Shown one piece after another: positions 14,701 to 30,900 of a stretch of DNA of 64,000 bases. Source of the stretch: Macrostomum lignano. Lineage: Eukaryota. The stretch spans positions 1-64,000 of the forward strand of contig NIVC01001676.1 of assembly GCA_002269645.1 (NCBI GenBank), written 5' to 3'. Below the pieces are notes generated by a model. The model was not told where the DNA came from. It did no database searches and was given only the letters and a program-made list of their open reading frames with translations. Both the position numbers and the translations under genes were made by a program. Each line of letters starts with the position of its first letter. Positions within the stretch are counted from its first letter, which is position 1.

Positions 14701-16407
14701 TTCATGAGTGAGTTCATGAGTGAGTTCATGAGTGAGTTCATGAGTGAGAGAGTAAGTAAGTGAGTGAGTTCATGAGTGAGTTCATGAGTGAACTCATGAG
14801 GGAGTTCATGAGTGAGTTCATGAGTTCATGAGTTCATGAATGAGTGAGTGAGTGGGTGAGTGAGTGAGTGAGTGAGTGAGTGAGTGAGTGAGTGAGTGAG
14901 TGAGTGAGTGAGTGAGTGAGTGGGTGAGTGGGTGAGTGAGTGAGTGAGTGAGTGAGTGAGTGAGTGAGTGAGTGAGTGAGTGAGTGAGTGAGTGAGTGAG
15001 TGAGTGAGTGAGTGAGTGAGTGAGTGAGTGAGTGAGTGAGTGAGTGAGTGAGTGAGTGAGTGAGCAGGTACCTGCACAATGTACCGATACCGCCCCGCGA
15101 CGGTCTCCTGCAGCAGCAGGTCGGCCACTCCTCCCTGGCAGGGGATGACGCACAGCGGGCAGTTGACCGGCCGCAGTCCGCAGACCCCCATGGCGGCCCG
15201 GTTGCCATCGAAGTAGGCCGGCAGCCGGTGAAACTCGTCGAGGCTGAGCGGCCGGGCCAGCAGCTGCCAGTCAGGTCCGGCGCCCTCCGGCAGCAGCGGA
15301 TGGTGCGAGAAGGCCAGCCGGGCCGGGTCAGTCAGGAAGAAGAAGTCGTTCCGCTGGGGCACCGCCGCGGCGGCCACGGCGGCCTCCGAGGCCTCAGCGT
15401 CGGCCGCCAGCGGGAGGCCCGCCGAGCCCCAGATGGCATCGACGTGGCGCCACTCGCCGTCGATGAAGCAGGCAAACCAGGCGCCGCCGACGTGCGACCG
15501 ATGGCCGGTGGCATAGTTGGCGCCCTTCTTGAGGCCCTCCAGGCGCTGGCAGGGAACTCCGCTGAGGCTGAGTAGGAATGTGATGAAGAATTGAGAACTC
15601 TTCTGAGAACAAATCATTTTAGCGCCACAGCAACTACAGTGAATGATTTTCGCGCCACAACAACTACAAGTAAGTTATTTCGGCGCCACAACAACTACAG
15701 TAAGTTATTTCGGCGCCACAACAACTACAGTTTGCCGCCACAACAACTACAGTAAGTTATTTCGGCGCCATAACAACTACAGTTTGGCGTCACAACAACT
15801 ACAGTAAATGAAGATTTCGGCGCCACAACAACTTCAGTAAATGAAGATTTCGGCGCCACAACAACTTCAGTAAGGGATTTTGGCGCCACAACAGAACAGA
15901 CGCTCCTCACCTCATGACCGCCTCGAACACCTCGGACTGCCAGTCTGGCCGGCCGGCCGCCCGATCGGCCAGGCAGGGCAGCCGATGCAGCTCTCGGGGC
16001 CGCTCGGCCAGACGGCAGACGAGTCCGAAAGCGGCCACTGTCCGGTCCAGATCTTCCGGACAATCAGCAAAGAGGCGACGGCAGAGGCCGGCCAAGTCCG
16101 AACCGGATTGAAGGTCGAGAGTTCGAATCCTGGCCAGGCCGGCCTCGTACCTGGCCGGCTCCAGCAGTTCGGACTTCAGCCGGCTGGGCGGGAACGGCTG
16201 CGGCTTCTGCTGGGCGGAGGTCGGCGACGTCAGAGGCGGCTGGCCGCGGCTTCGCTGAAGCTGCTGCAGCCTGTCCGGCGTGGGAATTCCGCAGTCGGCC
16301 AGCGCGCCGGCCAGCTCTGAAGGCGAGGCCGGTAGGACGAACTCCTCCAGCGGGATTTCGTCCGGAGCGTAGCGGTAGTCGCTGTAGTAGCTGTGCTGCG
16401 GCAGCAT
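10579..16407 (-). CDS. KY/hillarin-like transglutaminase-fold protein fused to a C-terminal nucleoside-phosphorylase-like domain (~1296 aa); exons 16407-15911, 15567-15072, 14570-14189, 13956-13406, 13315-12559, 12455-12374, 11704-10579
   Basis: TGc-family segment SGVPCQRLEGLKKG...AWFACFIDGEWRHVDAIWG...NDFFFLTDPARLAFSHHP...WQLLARPLSLDEF, followed by beta-rich repeats (VHIRFPQPGNYLLDI). Six GT-AG introns with matching phases 2,0,1,0,1,2; exon sum 3891 nt is divisible by 3. Two acceptors have in-frame alternatives (15561, 14561). The start codon is uncertain. Confidence 0.75.
11797..12215. repeat. 30-bp intronic minisatellite (TTCCGGTTTAGCAGAACCGGGATCACTAAC)
   Basis: Direct reading; gives the 10-aa repeats in ORFs 11755-12252. 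Confidence 0.93.
13985..14180. repeat. 30-bp intronic minisatellite (GATGAGTCATAGAATGTACACTCTAGAACT)
   Basis: About six degenerate copies. Confidence 0.85.
14578..15064. repeat. (GAGT)n microsatellite grading into a 12-bp GAGTGAGTTCAT repeat
   Basis: Direct reading; fills the intron between 15072 and 14570. Confidence 0.97.
15618..15895. repeat. ~30-bp intronic minisatellite (GGCGCCACAACAACTACAGTAAGTTATTTC)
   Basis: About nine degenerate copies. Confidence 0.9.
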
Positions 16408-16861
16408 CTTCTGTTCTGGTATTCGGCATAAAACTCACCCGAGCTGAGCAACTGTAGGAGCTCTGCTTAAACTGAACTGCAGGCTTTTCACCTGCCTACT
16501 CGCCGTAAGATAGCGCAGGCCGGCTGTAAAATTGACTCGCAGATAAGGCCAGAGCCAGGTGTACAGTGCAGTGTACAGATTTAAACTACAAGAACTTGTG
16601 CGCATACTTTAGCTACTTTAAGTAGCAAGCGCAGAAAAGAGACAATGAAAAATCCAACACTTGGAAAACTACTAAAAATGACGGCAGTAAAACTTTATTT
16701 ATATACAGCAGTTAAATTTATCTCATGGAAAATGTGATAAAGAATGATTGTTTGATTGGAAACTGTACATGAATTTTATATGCTTGCAGTAAAGAAAGTC
16801 ATTTGGTGCCGTCAAAATTTTAGGCGCCATACATGTAAATTCTGTAGGCGTCTCCATATCG

Positions 16862-17505
16862 ACACAGTAGGGAGCCCATTAACACAGTAGGGAGTCCAAT
16901 TGACACAGTAGGGAACCCCATTAAGACAGTAGGGAACCCCATTAACACAGTACGGAGCCCCATTAACACAGTAGGAAACCCCATCAACACAGTACGGAGC
17001 CCCATTAACACAGTAAGGAGCCCCATTAACACAGTAGGGAGCCCCATTAACACAGTAGAGGGCCCCATTAAAACAGTAGGGAGCCCCATTGACACAGTAG
17101 GGAGCCCCATTAATACAGTAGGGAGCCCCATTGACACAGTACGGAGCCCCATTAACACAGTAGGAAACCCCATCAACACAGTACGGAGCCCCATTAACAC
17201 AGTAAGGAGCCCCATTAACACAGTAGGGAGCCCCATTAACACAGTAGAGGGCCCCATTAAAACAGTAGGGAGCCCCATTGACACAGTAGGGAGCCCCATT
17301 AATACAGTAGGGAGCCCCATTGACACAGCAGGGAACCCCATCAACACAGTACGGAGCCCCATTAATACAGTAGGTAACCCCATTGACACAGTAGGGAGCC
17401 CCATTAACACAGTAGAGAGCCCCATTAACACAGTAGGGAGTCCAATTGACATAGTAGGGAACCCCATTAAGACAGTAGGGAACCCCATTAACACAGTAGG
17501 GAGCC
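16862..17505. repeat. 21-bp minisatellite (GGGAGCCCCATTAACACAGTA) between the Tiki stop and the KY-like start
   Basis: About 30 copies; 7-aa repeat LPTVLMG in ORF 16820..17701. Confidence 0.96.
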
Positions 17506-17532
17506 GCATTATCGCAGTATTTCTCGCTTCAG

Positions 17533-21603
<4,071 letters not shown>

Positions 21604-21644
21604 CTGTTGGGGATAAGGCTGGCGAAGTCAGTTGGGAGGCCGCC

Positions 21645-22175
21645 TGGTCAGTGGTTGGGTCAGTGCTTGGGTCAGTGTTTGGGTCAGTGTTTGGGTCAGT
21701 GCTTGGGTCAGTGTTTGGGTCAGTGCTTGGGTCAGTTTTTGGGGTCAGTGCTTGGGTCAGTGTTTGGGTCAGTGTTTGGGTCAGTGTTTGGGTCAGTGTT
21801 TGGGTCAGTGTTTGGGTCAGTGTTTGGGTCAGTGTTTGGGTCAGTGTTTGGGTCAGTGTTTGGGTCAGTGTTTGGGTCAGTGTTTGGGTCAGTGTTTGGG
21901 TCAGTGTTTGGGTCAGTGTTTGGGTCAGTGTTTGGGTCAGTGTTTGGGTCAGTGTTTGGGTCAGTGTTTGGGTCAGTGTTTGGGTCAGTGTTTGGGTCAG
22001 TGTTTGGGTCAGTGTTTGGGTCAGCGCTTGGGTCAGTGCTTGGGTCAGTGCTTGGGTCAGTGTTTGGGTCAGTGTTTGGGCCAGTGTTTGGGTCAGTGCT
22101 TGGGTCAGTGTTTGGTTCAGTGCTTGGGTCAGTGTTTGGGTCAGTTCTCATGTCAGTGTTTTGGTCAGTGTTTAG
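21645..22175. repeat. 12-bp minisatellite (TCAGTGTTTGGG)
   Basis: More than 40 copies directly upstream of the Tiki exon at 21603. Confidence 0.97.
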
Positions 22176-22744
22176 GTCAACCGCAGTATTTGAAGCAGAT
22201 GATTTGGAACTGTGCTCTTGTTCATCGGGTGAGATATAGATTGGACTCAAGCAAAGTGTCAACCATGTAAATAGAATGCATATTATCCTAGAGTACCCTA
22301 TGCGATACGCTCGAACAAGAGCTGTAAAGGGTGATATGGCAATTCCAGCTGTCAATTAAATGTGTGTACTCAGCAGAGAAGTGTCGCTGCATGTTATGCT
22401 ATATGTTCTCAACTTGAGTACCTGGTATTCTTATCGATTCGGGGATATCATCTGGGACCAATAATATCTGAGAAGCTCTGAGCCTGATGCGCGCGAGAAC
22501 AATGGGAGCGAGAGAAGAGAGAGGAAACGGAGTGGAGTGGCTTTTTGGGGCGAAAAGGATGGCGGAATGTTGAGAAACAATGTCAGGTCACATCGTGTCA
22601 TGCGGCTCTTTCACTTGGGAAAATAAACAGATACGGAATTCCCTGCTTAAATTTGATGATTGGATATGGGGGTCACGCGCTAAAATAGCGGGTTTTAGCT
22701 GGGTGGGAATTGGAAGAAAAAAATAAACGAGGTGAAGACGGGTC

Positions 22745-23345
22745 AAACGGGGAGAAGGAGAGGAAGACGTAGATAGTGAGGGAGATGGAGAGGGAGATCG
22801 ATATCGAGATGGAGAGGGAGATGGAGAGGGAAAGGGAGATAGAGATGGAGATAGAGATGGAGATGGAGAGGGAGATGGAGAAGTAGAGGGAGGGGAGAGG
22901 GAGAGAGAGAGGTAGCTGGAGAGGGAGAGGTAGAGGGAGGGGAGGGGAGAAGGAGAGGGAGAGAGAGAGGGAGATGGAGAGGGAGAAATAGATGGAGATG
23001 GAGATGGAGATGGAGAGGGAGGGAGAGGGAGAGTGAGAGGTAGCTGGAGAGGGAGAGAGAGGGAGATGGAGAGGGAGAAATAGATGGAGATGGAGATGGA
23101 GATGGAGATGGAGAGGGAGAGGGAGAGGTAGAGGAAGATGGAGAGGGAGAGGTTGAGGGAGGGGAGAGGGAGAGGGAGAGAGAGGGGGAGATGGAGAGGG
23201 AGAGAGAGGGAGATGGAGAAGGAGAGATAAAGGGAGGGGAGGGGAGAGGGAGAGGGAGAGAGAAAGAGGGAGATGGAGAGGGAGAGGGAGAGAGAGAGGG
23301 AGAGGGAGAGGGAGAGGGAGGGAGAGAAGGAGGGTGATGGGGAGG
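22745..23345. repeat. Polypurine (GA-rich, GAGAGG/GAGATG) low-complexity tract
   Basis: ~600 bp, almost exclusively A/G on the + strand. Confidence 0.95.
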
Positions 23346-25154
23346 CTGAGCAGCCGCCTAGACACAAGGTAGTGAAAGCAGAGCAGGCGGCAAGATGAAA
23401 GCAGAGGAAACTCAAGGCAATAAAAAGAATAATGCGACGCGGAGTCACGCAATAATTGTTCCTGGCGCGGCCATTCTCCCTCCGCAAACAAAAAACAACC
23501 ACCAGGATGAAAGGGCCGCCCAAAAAACATCAGAGGGGAAATTTTAGCCGCACAGGAAAGACCGCGGTCAAACAGTTTTATCCACTGGCTTCGCAGCATC
23601 GCTGCAGAGTTCTGCACAGATGGGTGGCCGTCTGCGGGTGGACATGCAGGATCAAACACAGACGGCGCGACTCCAGTGGGATTTAAATGCGATGAAAGAC
23701 AGACAGGGAGACACAGAGCGATGCTATGGGGATTTTTCCTGTGCGCGTTCGCGTCACTGATTGACGCCGGCGCGCAATTAAGACGCAACAAAGCGGGCCG
23801 GCCGGCATCGTGAAATCCGTCAGTCCGTGGAGTTCTAGAATATCTGGTGTCTGGAGTGCGGGCTAACTAGCTAAACGCAAAATTGGAAACTGTGAATTTA
23901 TTCGTTATTTTAAAATTTCGTATTCGTTAACTTGCTGCTATTTTTGAAAATCGCTGTCTAAGGCAGCCTTTCTTTCGCCGATATTAAAAAATAAGTCCAT
24001 AATAGTTTTTGTTAAAAATGGTGACTTTGAAGGAAACCTGTGGGGTGAAAAAGTTGGTGCTGTATTTTCAACCTTTGTTTAGGTTTAAATACAGTAAATT
24101 GTGCTGGCGTGCATTGTTTAAAGTAATTGTTATTTTGTTTAAATTTCTAGTTGGATCTAATCGTCATTGTCAGTGTACTATTTTCTCAATCAATAACATT
24201 TAACAACATTAATTAATTAGCACTCCTATTAGTGTTATTTAATGTCCGATTAAAACAGTTCTTGCTAAGCTTTATCCGACAATTATCTGAGTGTTCATAA
24301 GAAATTATTGTCACAATAGACAAAAAACTATTGATTTTGTTTAAAAGATAAAATGCTTACATAAAAACGTTGACTTACTTACCTCACTTGCAAAATATAA
24401 TTATATCAAAGTAAAATTTTGTTTTAATAAAATATCCATTAATGTTTAAAAATAATTTGAATCAACAATAATGAATGACTATGGAATTTGAATAATGGTT
24501 ATAAAAAACTGGTTTTATTTTGTTTTTCTACTCAGGTTCTTAAGCTTGGTCTGAAAAAAAAACTATTTCTACAATCAGAGGAATAGTTCGTTTATTTGCG
24601 GCTTATGTTGGCAGCGATAATTGCGGTTTATGAGGTACATCCCAGTTATCTTATTTTAGAACTCCACAATCATTCCAATGCAGTTCCATTTTGTCCCTCC
24701 ATCCCCCCATACCTACCTCTCAGAATTATTTATCAAGACTGCGTTTCGCTTATTCGCAAGGCGAGCCTCGGACAGCCGGGCATCAACAAACTCAGCAGGT
24801 GGCCAATCGTCAGGGCCGCCACTCGAGAACCGCCTGCAGTGGTGGTGGCCCCGGCGCGTACGATTCGCGGCGCCCATTAAAAGGGAAAATGGCTATTCAG
24901 CTATTCAATGCTTAGTTGTCCCGGGGTGGAGGGCTGGAATGAATTATCGAGACTGCTGGGCCTGATAGCATAAGCCATTAACTTCATATTGCATTTGGTC
25001 AGCGCCAACATCTGTCAGTGTCTGCAGTTCCAAAGCATATCCCAAAAAGCTTTAACTTTTCACAGAACGTAGGCAATGTCCGCTTAAGAGCTGTGCTTGA
25101 ATTGTATGTGAAATGGACAAAGCAGCGAGTGAAGGGTCCTGACAGTGAATGGTG

Positions 25155-25495
25155 GGTCATAACAGTGAGGGAGAGGTCATAACAGTGAGGGAGAGGTCAT
25201 AACAGTGAGGGAGAGGTCATAACAGTGAGGGAGAGGTCATAACAGTGAGGGAGAGGTCATAACAGTGAGGGAGAGGTCATAACAGTGAGGGAGAGGTCAT
25301 AACAGTGAGGGAGAGGTCATAACAGTGAGGGAGAGGTCATAACAGTGAGGGAGAGGTCATAACAGTGAGGGAGAGGTCATAACAGTGAGGGAGAGGTCAT
25401 AACAGTGAGGGAGAGGTCATAACAGTGAAGGAGAGGTCATAACAGTGAGGGAGAGGTCATAACAGTGAGGGAGAGGTCATAAAAGTGAGGGCGGG
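25155..25495. repeat. 20-bp minisatellite (GGTCATAACAGTGAGGGAGA), ~17 copies
   Basis: Nearly perfect tandem copies. Confidence 0.97.
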
Positions 25496-26439
25496 ATCAT
25501 ACCGGAGTCAAAAATAGGGGATGAGGATCATATCCGGGACTGTAGGAGTGCATGATGACGAGCCGAAGGGTCGTGACAGTGACGCAAGAAGTTAATTCCT
25601 GCCAAATACTCCTCACTGTAAGTGGCTTGGGTGAGCGGTTGGACGGTAGTACAGTGAGTGATTGATGGCTGCCGCCAGCTCCAACCCGAGGCAGACCAGA
25701 AAGCCGAGTCAAAAAGACCGTGGATTCAAACCCGAACGCTCTGCCGCATTTTTCCACTAAAAGCATTCTTTTGCCTCGAGCGTATCGGGTCTAAAGAAAA
25801 GCTTGGTTACCATGGTGATGGGTATCATTATTTGCTTATTTTCCCCTAGACTCCGTCTGTTAGCTTTTAGAATCGGAAGTTTAGTTTGTTGCAAAGCTCA
25901 TCAGCTTAACAGAATTCGACGAGTTCAATAAACATAATTTGCTCCCATTTTAGGAAATCCCCGCCGCCCTACCGCAATTCCAAAGGGGATTTTTTTACCG
26001 CAGTGGGAGAGGCATGAAGAATCCTCTACTGCCCCCTGGCTCAAGTGTTTTATGGCTTGGTGCGCTTTGGGGGAAGTTAAACTCGAAATTTTCATGCCGA
26101 ATTGGCTTGGGGATTATTGTTAAACTGGCTTTCCAATCCAGAATCAGCTGATCGTCAAGGATTACTAATTTTGTCGAGAATTGAGGAAAAGTAAGTCTCT
26201 AATCTGCGTAGATGATAAGGTAAATGTCAGGTTTGCGGCTCACCTAGCTTAGTTCATTCGGCCTTTTTATCAAATATTCTTTTGTTTTTCTATGCCGTCT
26301 GCTGCTTTGTCGTGAAATCGATTCTCTAGTGCAAAGAATATTGGAGATTAGAGAAATTATTCGCCTCGAATGCAAGTTAAAGAGCTTAGCCGCTTCAAAT
26401 AGGGTCTGCATAAAGAGTTTTTAGAGATTCTACAGAGCG

Positions 26440-27140
26440 TCTACAAAGAGTCTGCAGGGAGTCTACAGAAAGTCTCCAGAGAGTCTATAGATCGAGTCTA
26501 TAGAGAGTCTACAGAGAGTCTACAGAGAGTCTGCAGAGAGTCTACAGAGAGTTTACAGAGAGTCTATAGATCGAGTCTATAGATCGAGTCTATAGAGAGT
26601 CTACAGAAAGTCTACAGAGAGTCTATAGAGAGTCTACAGAGAGTCTACAGAGAGTCTATAGAGAGTCTATAGAGAGTCTACAGAAAGTCTACAAAGAGTC
26701 TATAGAGAGTCTACAGGGAGTCTACAGAGAGTCTACAGAGAGTCTACAGAGAGTCTACAGAGGAACAAGTCTACAGAGAATCTGCAGATTCGACAGAAAT
26801 TCTACAAAGATTCTATCAAAAAGTCATTCTACATAGAGCCTACAGAGTCTATAGACAGGCAGACAGTCTACAAAAACTCTACAGAGGGTCTACAGAGCCT
26901 AGAAAAAGTCTACAGAAAGTCTACAGAAAGTTTACAGAGAATCTATAGACTACAAGGAGTCTACAGAGAATCTACAGAATACATGGCAGTCTACAGAGAA
27001 TCTAAAGAATACATGGAGTCTATAGAACATCTATACAGATTACAGGCAGTCTCCAGAGAATCTACAGACTACAGGTAGTCTACAGAGCATCTACAGACTA
27101 CAGGGAGTCTATAGAGAGTCTACAGAAGGTCTACAGAGTC
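26440..27140. repeat. Degenerate 11-12-bp satellite (AGTCTACAGAG / AGTCTATAGAG)
   Basis: Direct reading. Confidence 0.92.
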
Positions 27141-27692
27141 TAGAAAGAATCAGAACCAGAACATGGTTTCTAGCTGGTCATCCTTGATTCGGCATCCAGC
27201 CTCACAGCAGGTTACCCAACTCACCACATCGCACATCTCGGCCATCGCAGACACGCTCAGCGCCAGCAACAAGGCCCAGTGATTCACCGAGCGAGTAGCC
27301 ATCCGGATATTAAAGCTGTTCAGTTCAGTGCAAACTTCAGCAGGAAATTCTAATCCATGCAGAAACGGCTTGTTTGCACAGTTTCGACTCTATTAAAGCA
27401 GAGTTGATGGCTGATCGCCTCTCATTGGTCTCCGATATTGGTAGGGCAGCGAATGGGAGAAAGGATTGGGATTTAGCAAAAGGAAGAAAATGATGACGGG
27501 AAGGAAGGCGGTTCCTATAGCAACAACCAGGAGGCTTGGCAAGCTGTAATTACTATTTTAGGAGGCCAAAATCTTTTAATCTTTTAAAAGTTTTTGGCAT
27601 TTCTAAATACAACTTCGAGTGTATACCTCTTTTGCTTTTTTTCGACGTTGTTTATCGCATGTTTTTGCAAACTATCAGCCACGGAACTTCTC

Positions 27693-27999
27693 AATAATAA
27701 TAATAATAATAATTGATTATACCTGACCCAATTGGGCCAGATGTGCAACCGACAGCTCAGCCGCAGCTATTGCGCGGCGCATCTGAAGGCTGCGTACGGC
27801 TGTTCAGTCCAAGGACTGGGGGGGGTCGTCACACACATCCTCAATTACCCCAGCTAATGCTGGCACCCATTTTACAGCTGGGTGAACTGAAGCAATGCAG
27901 AGTTAAGTGTCTTGCTCAAATTGATCCAGTGGAATCAGGAATCGAACCCCCGACCTTCAAATCGTGAGTCCGACGCTCTAACCACTAGTCTACAACCCC
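27693..27999 (-). mobile_element. tRNA-derived CORE-type SINE (family B) with (ATT)n tail
   Basis: Minus strand: GGGGTTGTAGACTAGTGGTTAGAGCG (A-box), anticodon-like arm TCGGA-CTCACGA-TTTGA, B-box GGTTCGATTCC (27948-27938), then TTGAGCAAGACACTTAACTCTGCATTGCTTCAGTTCACCCAGCTGTAAATGGG resembling the CORE-SINE domain, ending in (ATT)n at 27713-27693. Confidence 0.85.
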
Positions 28000-30900
28000 T
28001 ACCACTAGGCTACAACCCCTACAACTAGGCTACAACCCCTACCACTAGTCTACAACCCCTACCACTAGTCTACAACCCCTACCACTAGGCTACAACCCTT
28101 CACTAGGCTACAACCCTTCACTAGGCTACAACCCCTACAACTAGGCTACAACCCCTACCACTAGGCTACAACCCCTACCACTAGACTACAACCCCTACCA
28201 CTAGGCTACAACCCCTACCACTAGACTACAACCCCTACCACTAGGCTACAACCCCTACAACTAGGCTACAACCCCTACCACTAGGCTACAACCCCTACCA
28301 CTAGGCTACAACCCCTACCACTAGGCTACAACCCCTACCACTAGTCTACAACCCCTACCACTAGGCTACAACCCCTACCACTAGGCTACAACCCCTACCA
28401 CTAGGCTACAACCCCTACAACTAGGCTACAACCCCTACAACTAGGCTACAACCCTTCACTAGGCTACAACCCCTACAACTAGGCTACAACCTTTCACTAG
28501 GCTACAACCCCTACAACTAGGCTACAACCCCTACCACTAGGCTACAACCCCTACAACTAGGCTACAACCCCTACCACTAGACTACAACCCCTACCACTAG
28601 GCTACAACCCCTACAACTAGGCTACAACCCCTACAACTAGGCTACAACCCTTCACTAGGCTACAACCCCTACAAATAGGCTACAACCCTTCACTAGGCTA
28701 CAACCCCTACCACTAGGCTACAACCCCTACAACTAGGCTACAACCCCTACCACTAGACTACAACCCCTACCACTAGGCTACAACCCCTACCACTAGACTA
28801 CAACCCCTACCACTAGGCTACAACCCCTACAACTAGGCTACAACCCCTACCACTAGGCTACAACCCCTACCACTAGGCTACAACCCCTACAACTAGGCTA
28901 CAACCCCTACAACTAGGCTACAACCCCTACCACTAGGCTACAACCCCTACAACTAGGCTACAACCCCTACAACTAGGCTACAACCCCTACCACTAGGCTA
29001 CAACCCCTACCACTAGGCTACAACCCCTACCACTAGGCTACAACCCCTACCACTAGGCTACAACCCCTACAACTAGGCTACAACCCTTCACTAGGCTACA
29101 ACCCCTACAACTAGGCTACAACCCTTCACTAGGCTACAACCCCTACAACTAGGCTACAACCCCTACCACTAGACTACAACCCCTACCACTAGGCTACAAC
29201 CCCTACAACTAGGCTACAACCCTTCACTAGGCTACAACCCCTACAAACTAGGCTACAACCCTTCACTAGGCTACAACCCCTACAACTAGTCTACAACCCT
29301 TCACTAGGCTACAACCCCTACAACTAGGCTACAACCCTTCACTAGGCTACAACCCCTACAACTAGGCTACAACCCTTCACTAGGCTACAACCCCTACAAC
29401 TAGGCTACAACCCCTACAACTAGGCTACAACCCCTACCACTAGGCTACAACCCCTACAACTAGGCTACAACCCTTCACTAGGCTACAACCCCTACAACTA
29501 GGCTACAACCCTTCACTAGGCTACAACCCCTACAACTAGGCTACAACCCTTCACTAGGCTACAACCCCTACAACTAGGCTACAACCCCTACCACTAGTCT
29601 ACAACCCCTACCACTAGTCTACAACCCCTACCACTAGGCTACAACCCTTCACTAGGCTACAACCCTTCACTAGGCTACAACCCCTACAACTAGGCTACAA
29701 CCCCTACCACTAGGCTACAACCCCTACCACTAGACTACAACCCCTACCACTAGGCTACAACCCCTACAACTAGGCTACAACCCCTACAACTAGGCTACAA
29801 CCCCTACAACTAGGCTACAACCCTTCACTAGGCTACAACCCCTACAACTAGGCTACAACCCCTACAACTAGGCTACAACCCCTACCACTAGGCTACAACC
29901 CCTACAACTAGGCTACAACCCCTACAACTAGGCTACAACCCCTACCACTAGGCTACAACCCCTACCACTAGGCTACAACCCCTACCACTAGGCTACAACC
30001 CCTACCACTAGGCTACAACCCCTACCACTAGGCTACAACCCCTACAACTAGGCTACAACCCTTCACTAGGCTACAACCCCTACAACTAGGCTACAACCCC
30101 TACAACTAGGCTACAACCCTTCACTAGGCTACAACCCCTACAACTAGGCTACAACCCCTACCACTAGGCTACAACCCCTACAACTAGGCTACAACCCCTA
30201 CCACTAGGCTACAACCCCTACAACTAGGCTACAACCCCTACCACTAGACTACAACCCCTACCACTAGGCTACAACCCCTACCACTAGGCTACAACCCCTA
30301 CCACTAGGCTACAACCCCTACAACTAGGCTACAACCCCTACAACTAGGCTACAACCCTTCACTAGGCTACAACCCCTACAAATAGGCTACAACCCTTCAC
30401 TAGGCTACAACCCCTACAACTAGGCTACAACCCCTACAACTAGGCTACAACCCTTCACTAGGCTACAACCCCTACAACTAGGCTACAACCCCTACCACTA
30501 GGCTACAACCCCTACCACTAGGCTACAACCCCTACCACTAGACTACAACCCCTACCACTAGGCTACAACCCCTACCACTAGGCTACAACCCCTACCACTA
30601 GTCTACAACCCCTACCACTAGGCTACCACCCCTACCACTAGGCTACAACCCCTACCACTAGGCTACAACCCCTACAACTAGGCTACAACCCCTACCACTA
30701 GACTACAACCCCTACCACTAGACTACAACCCCTACCACTAGGCTACAACCCCTACAACTAGGCTACAACCCCTACAACTAGGCTACAACCCTTCACTAGG
30801 CTACAACCCCTACAACTAGGCTACAACCCTTCACTAGGCTACAACCCCTACAACTAGGCTACAACCCCTACAACTAGGCTACAACCCCTACCACTAGGCT

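Noticed and set aside
22588-23791. Ser/Pro/Leu-rich long ORFs
   Set aside because: Translation of the GA/TC low-complexity tract.
27925-27999. Functional tRNA-Val(CAC) gene
   Set aside because: The 3' acceptor strand does not pair with the 5' end, and the sequence continues into a CORE-like body and (ATT)n tail, which marks a SINE head.
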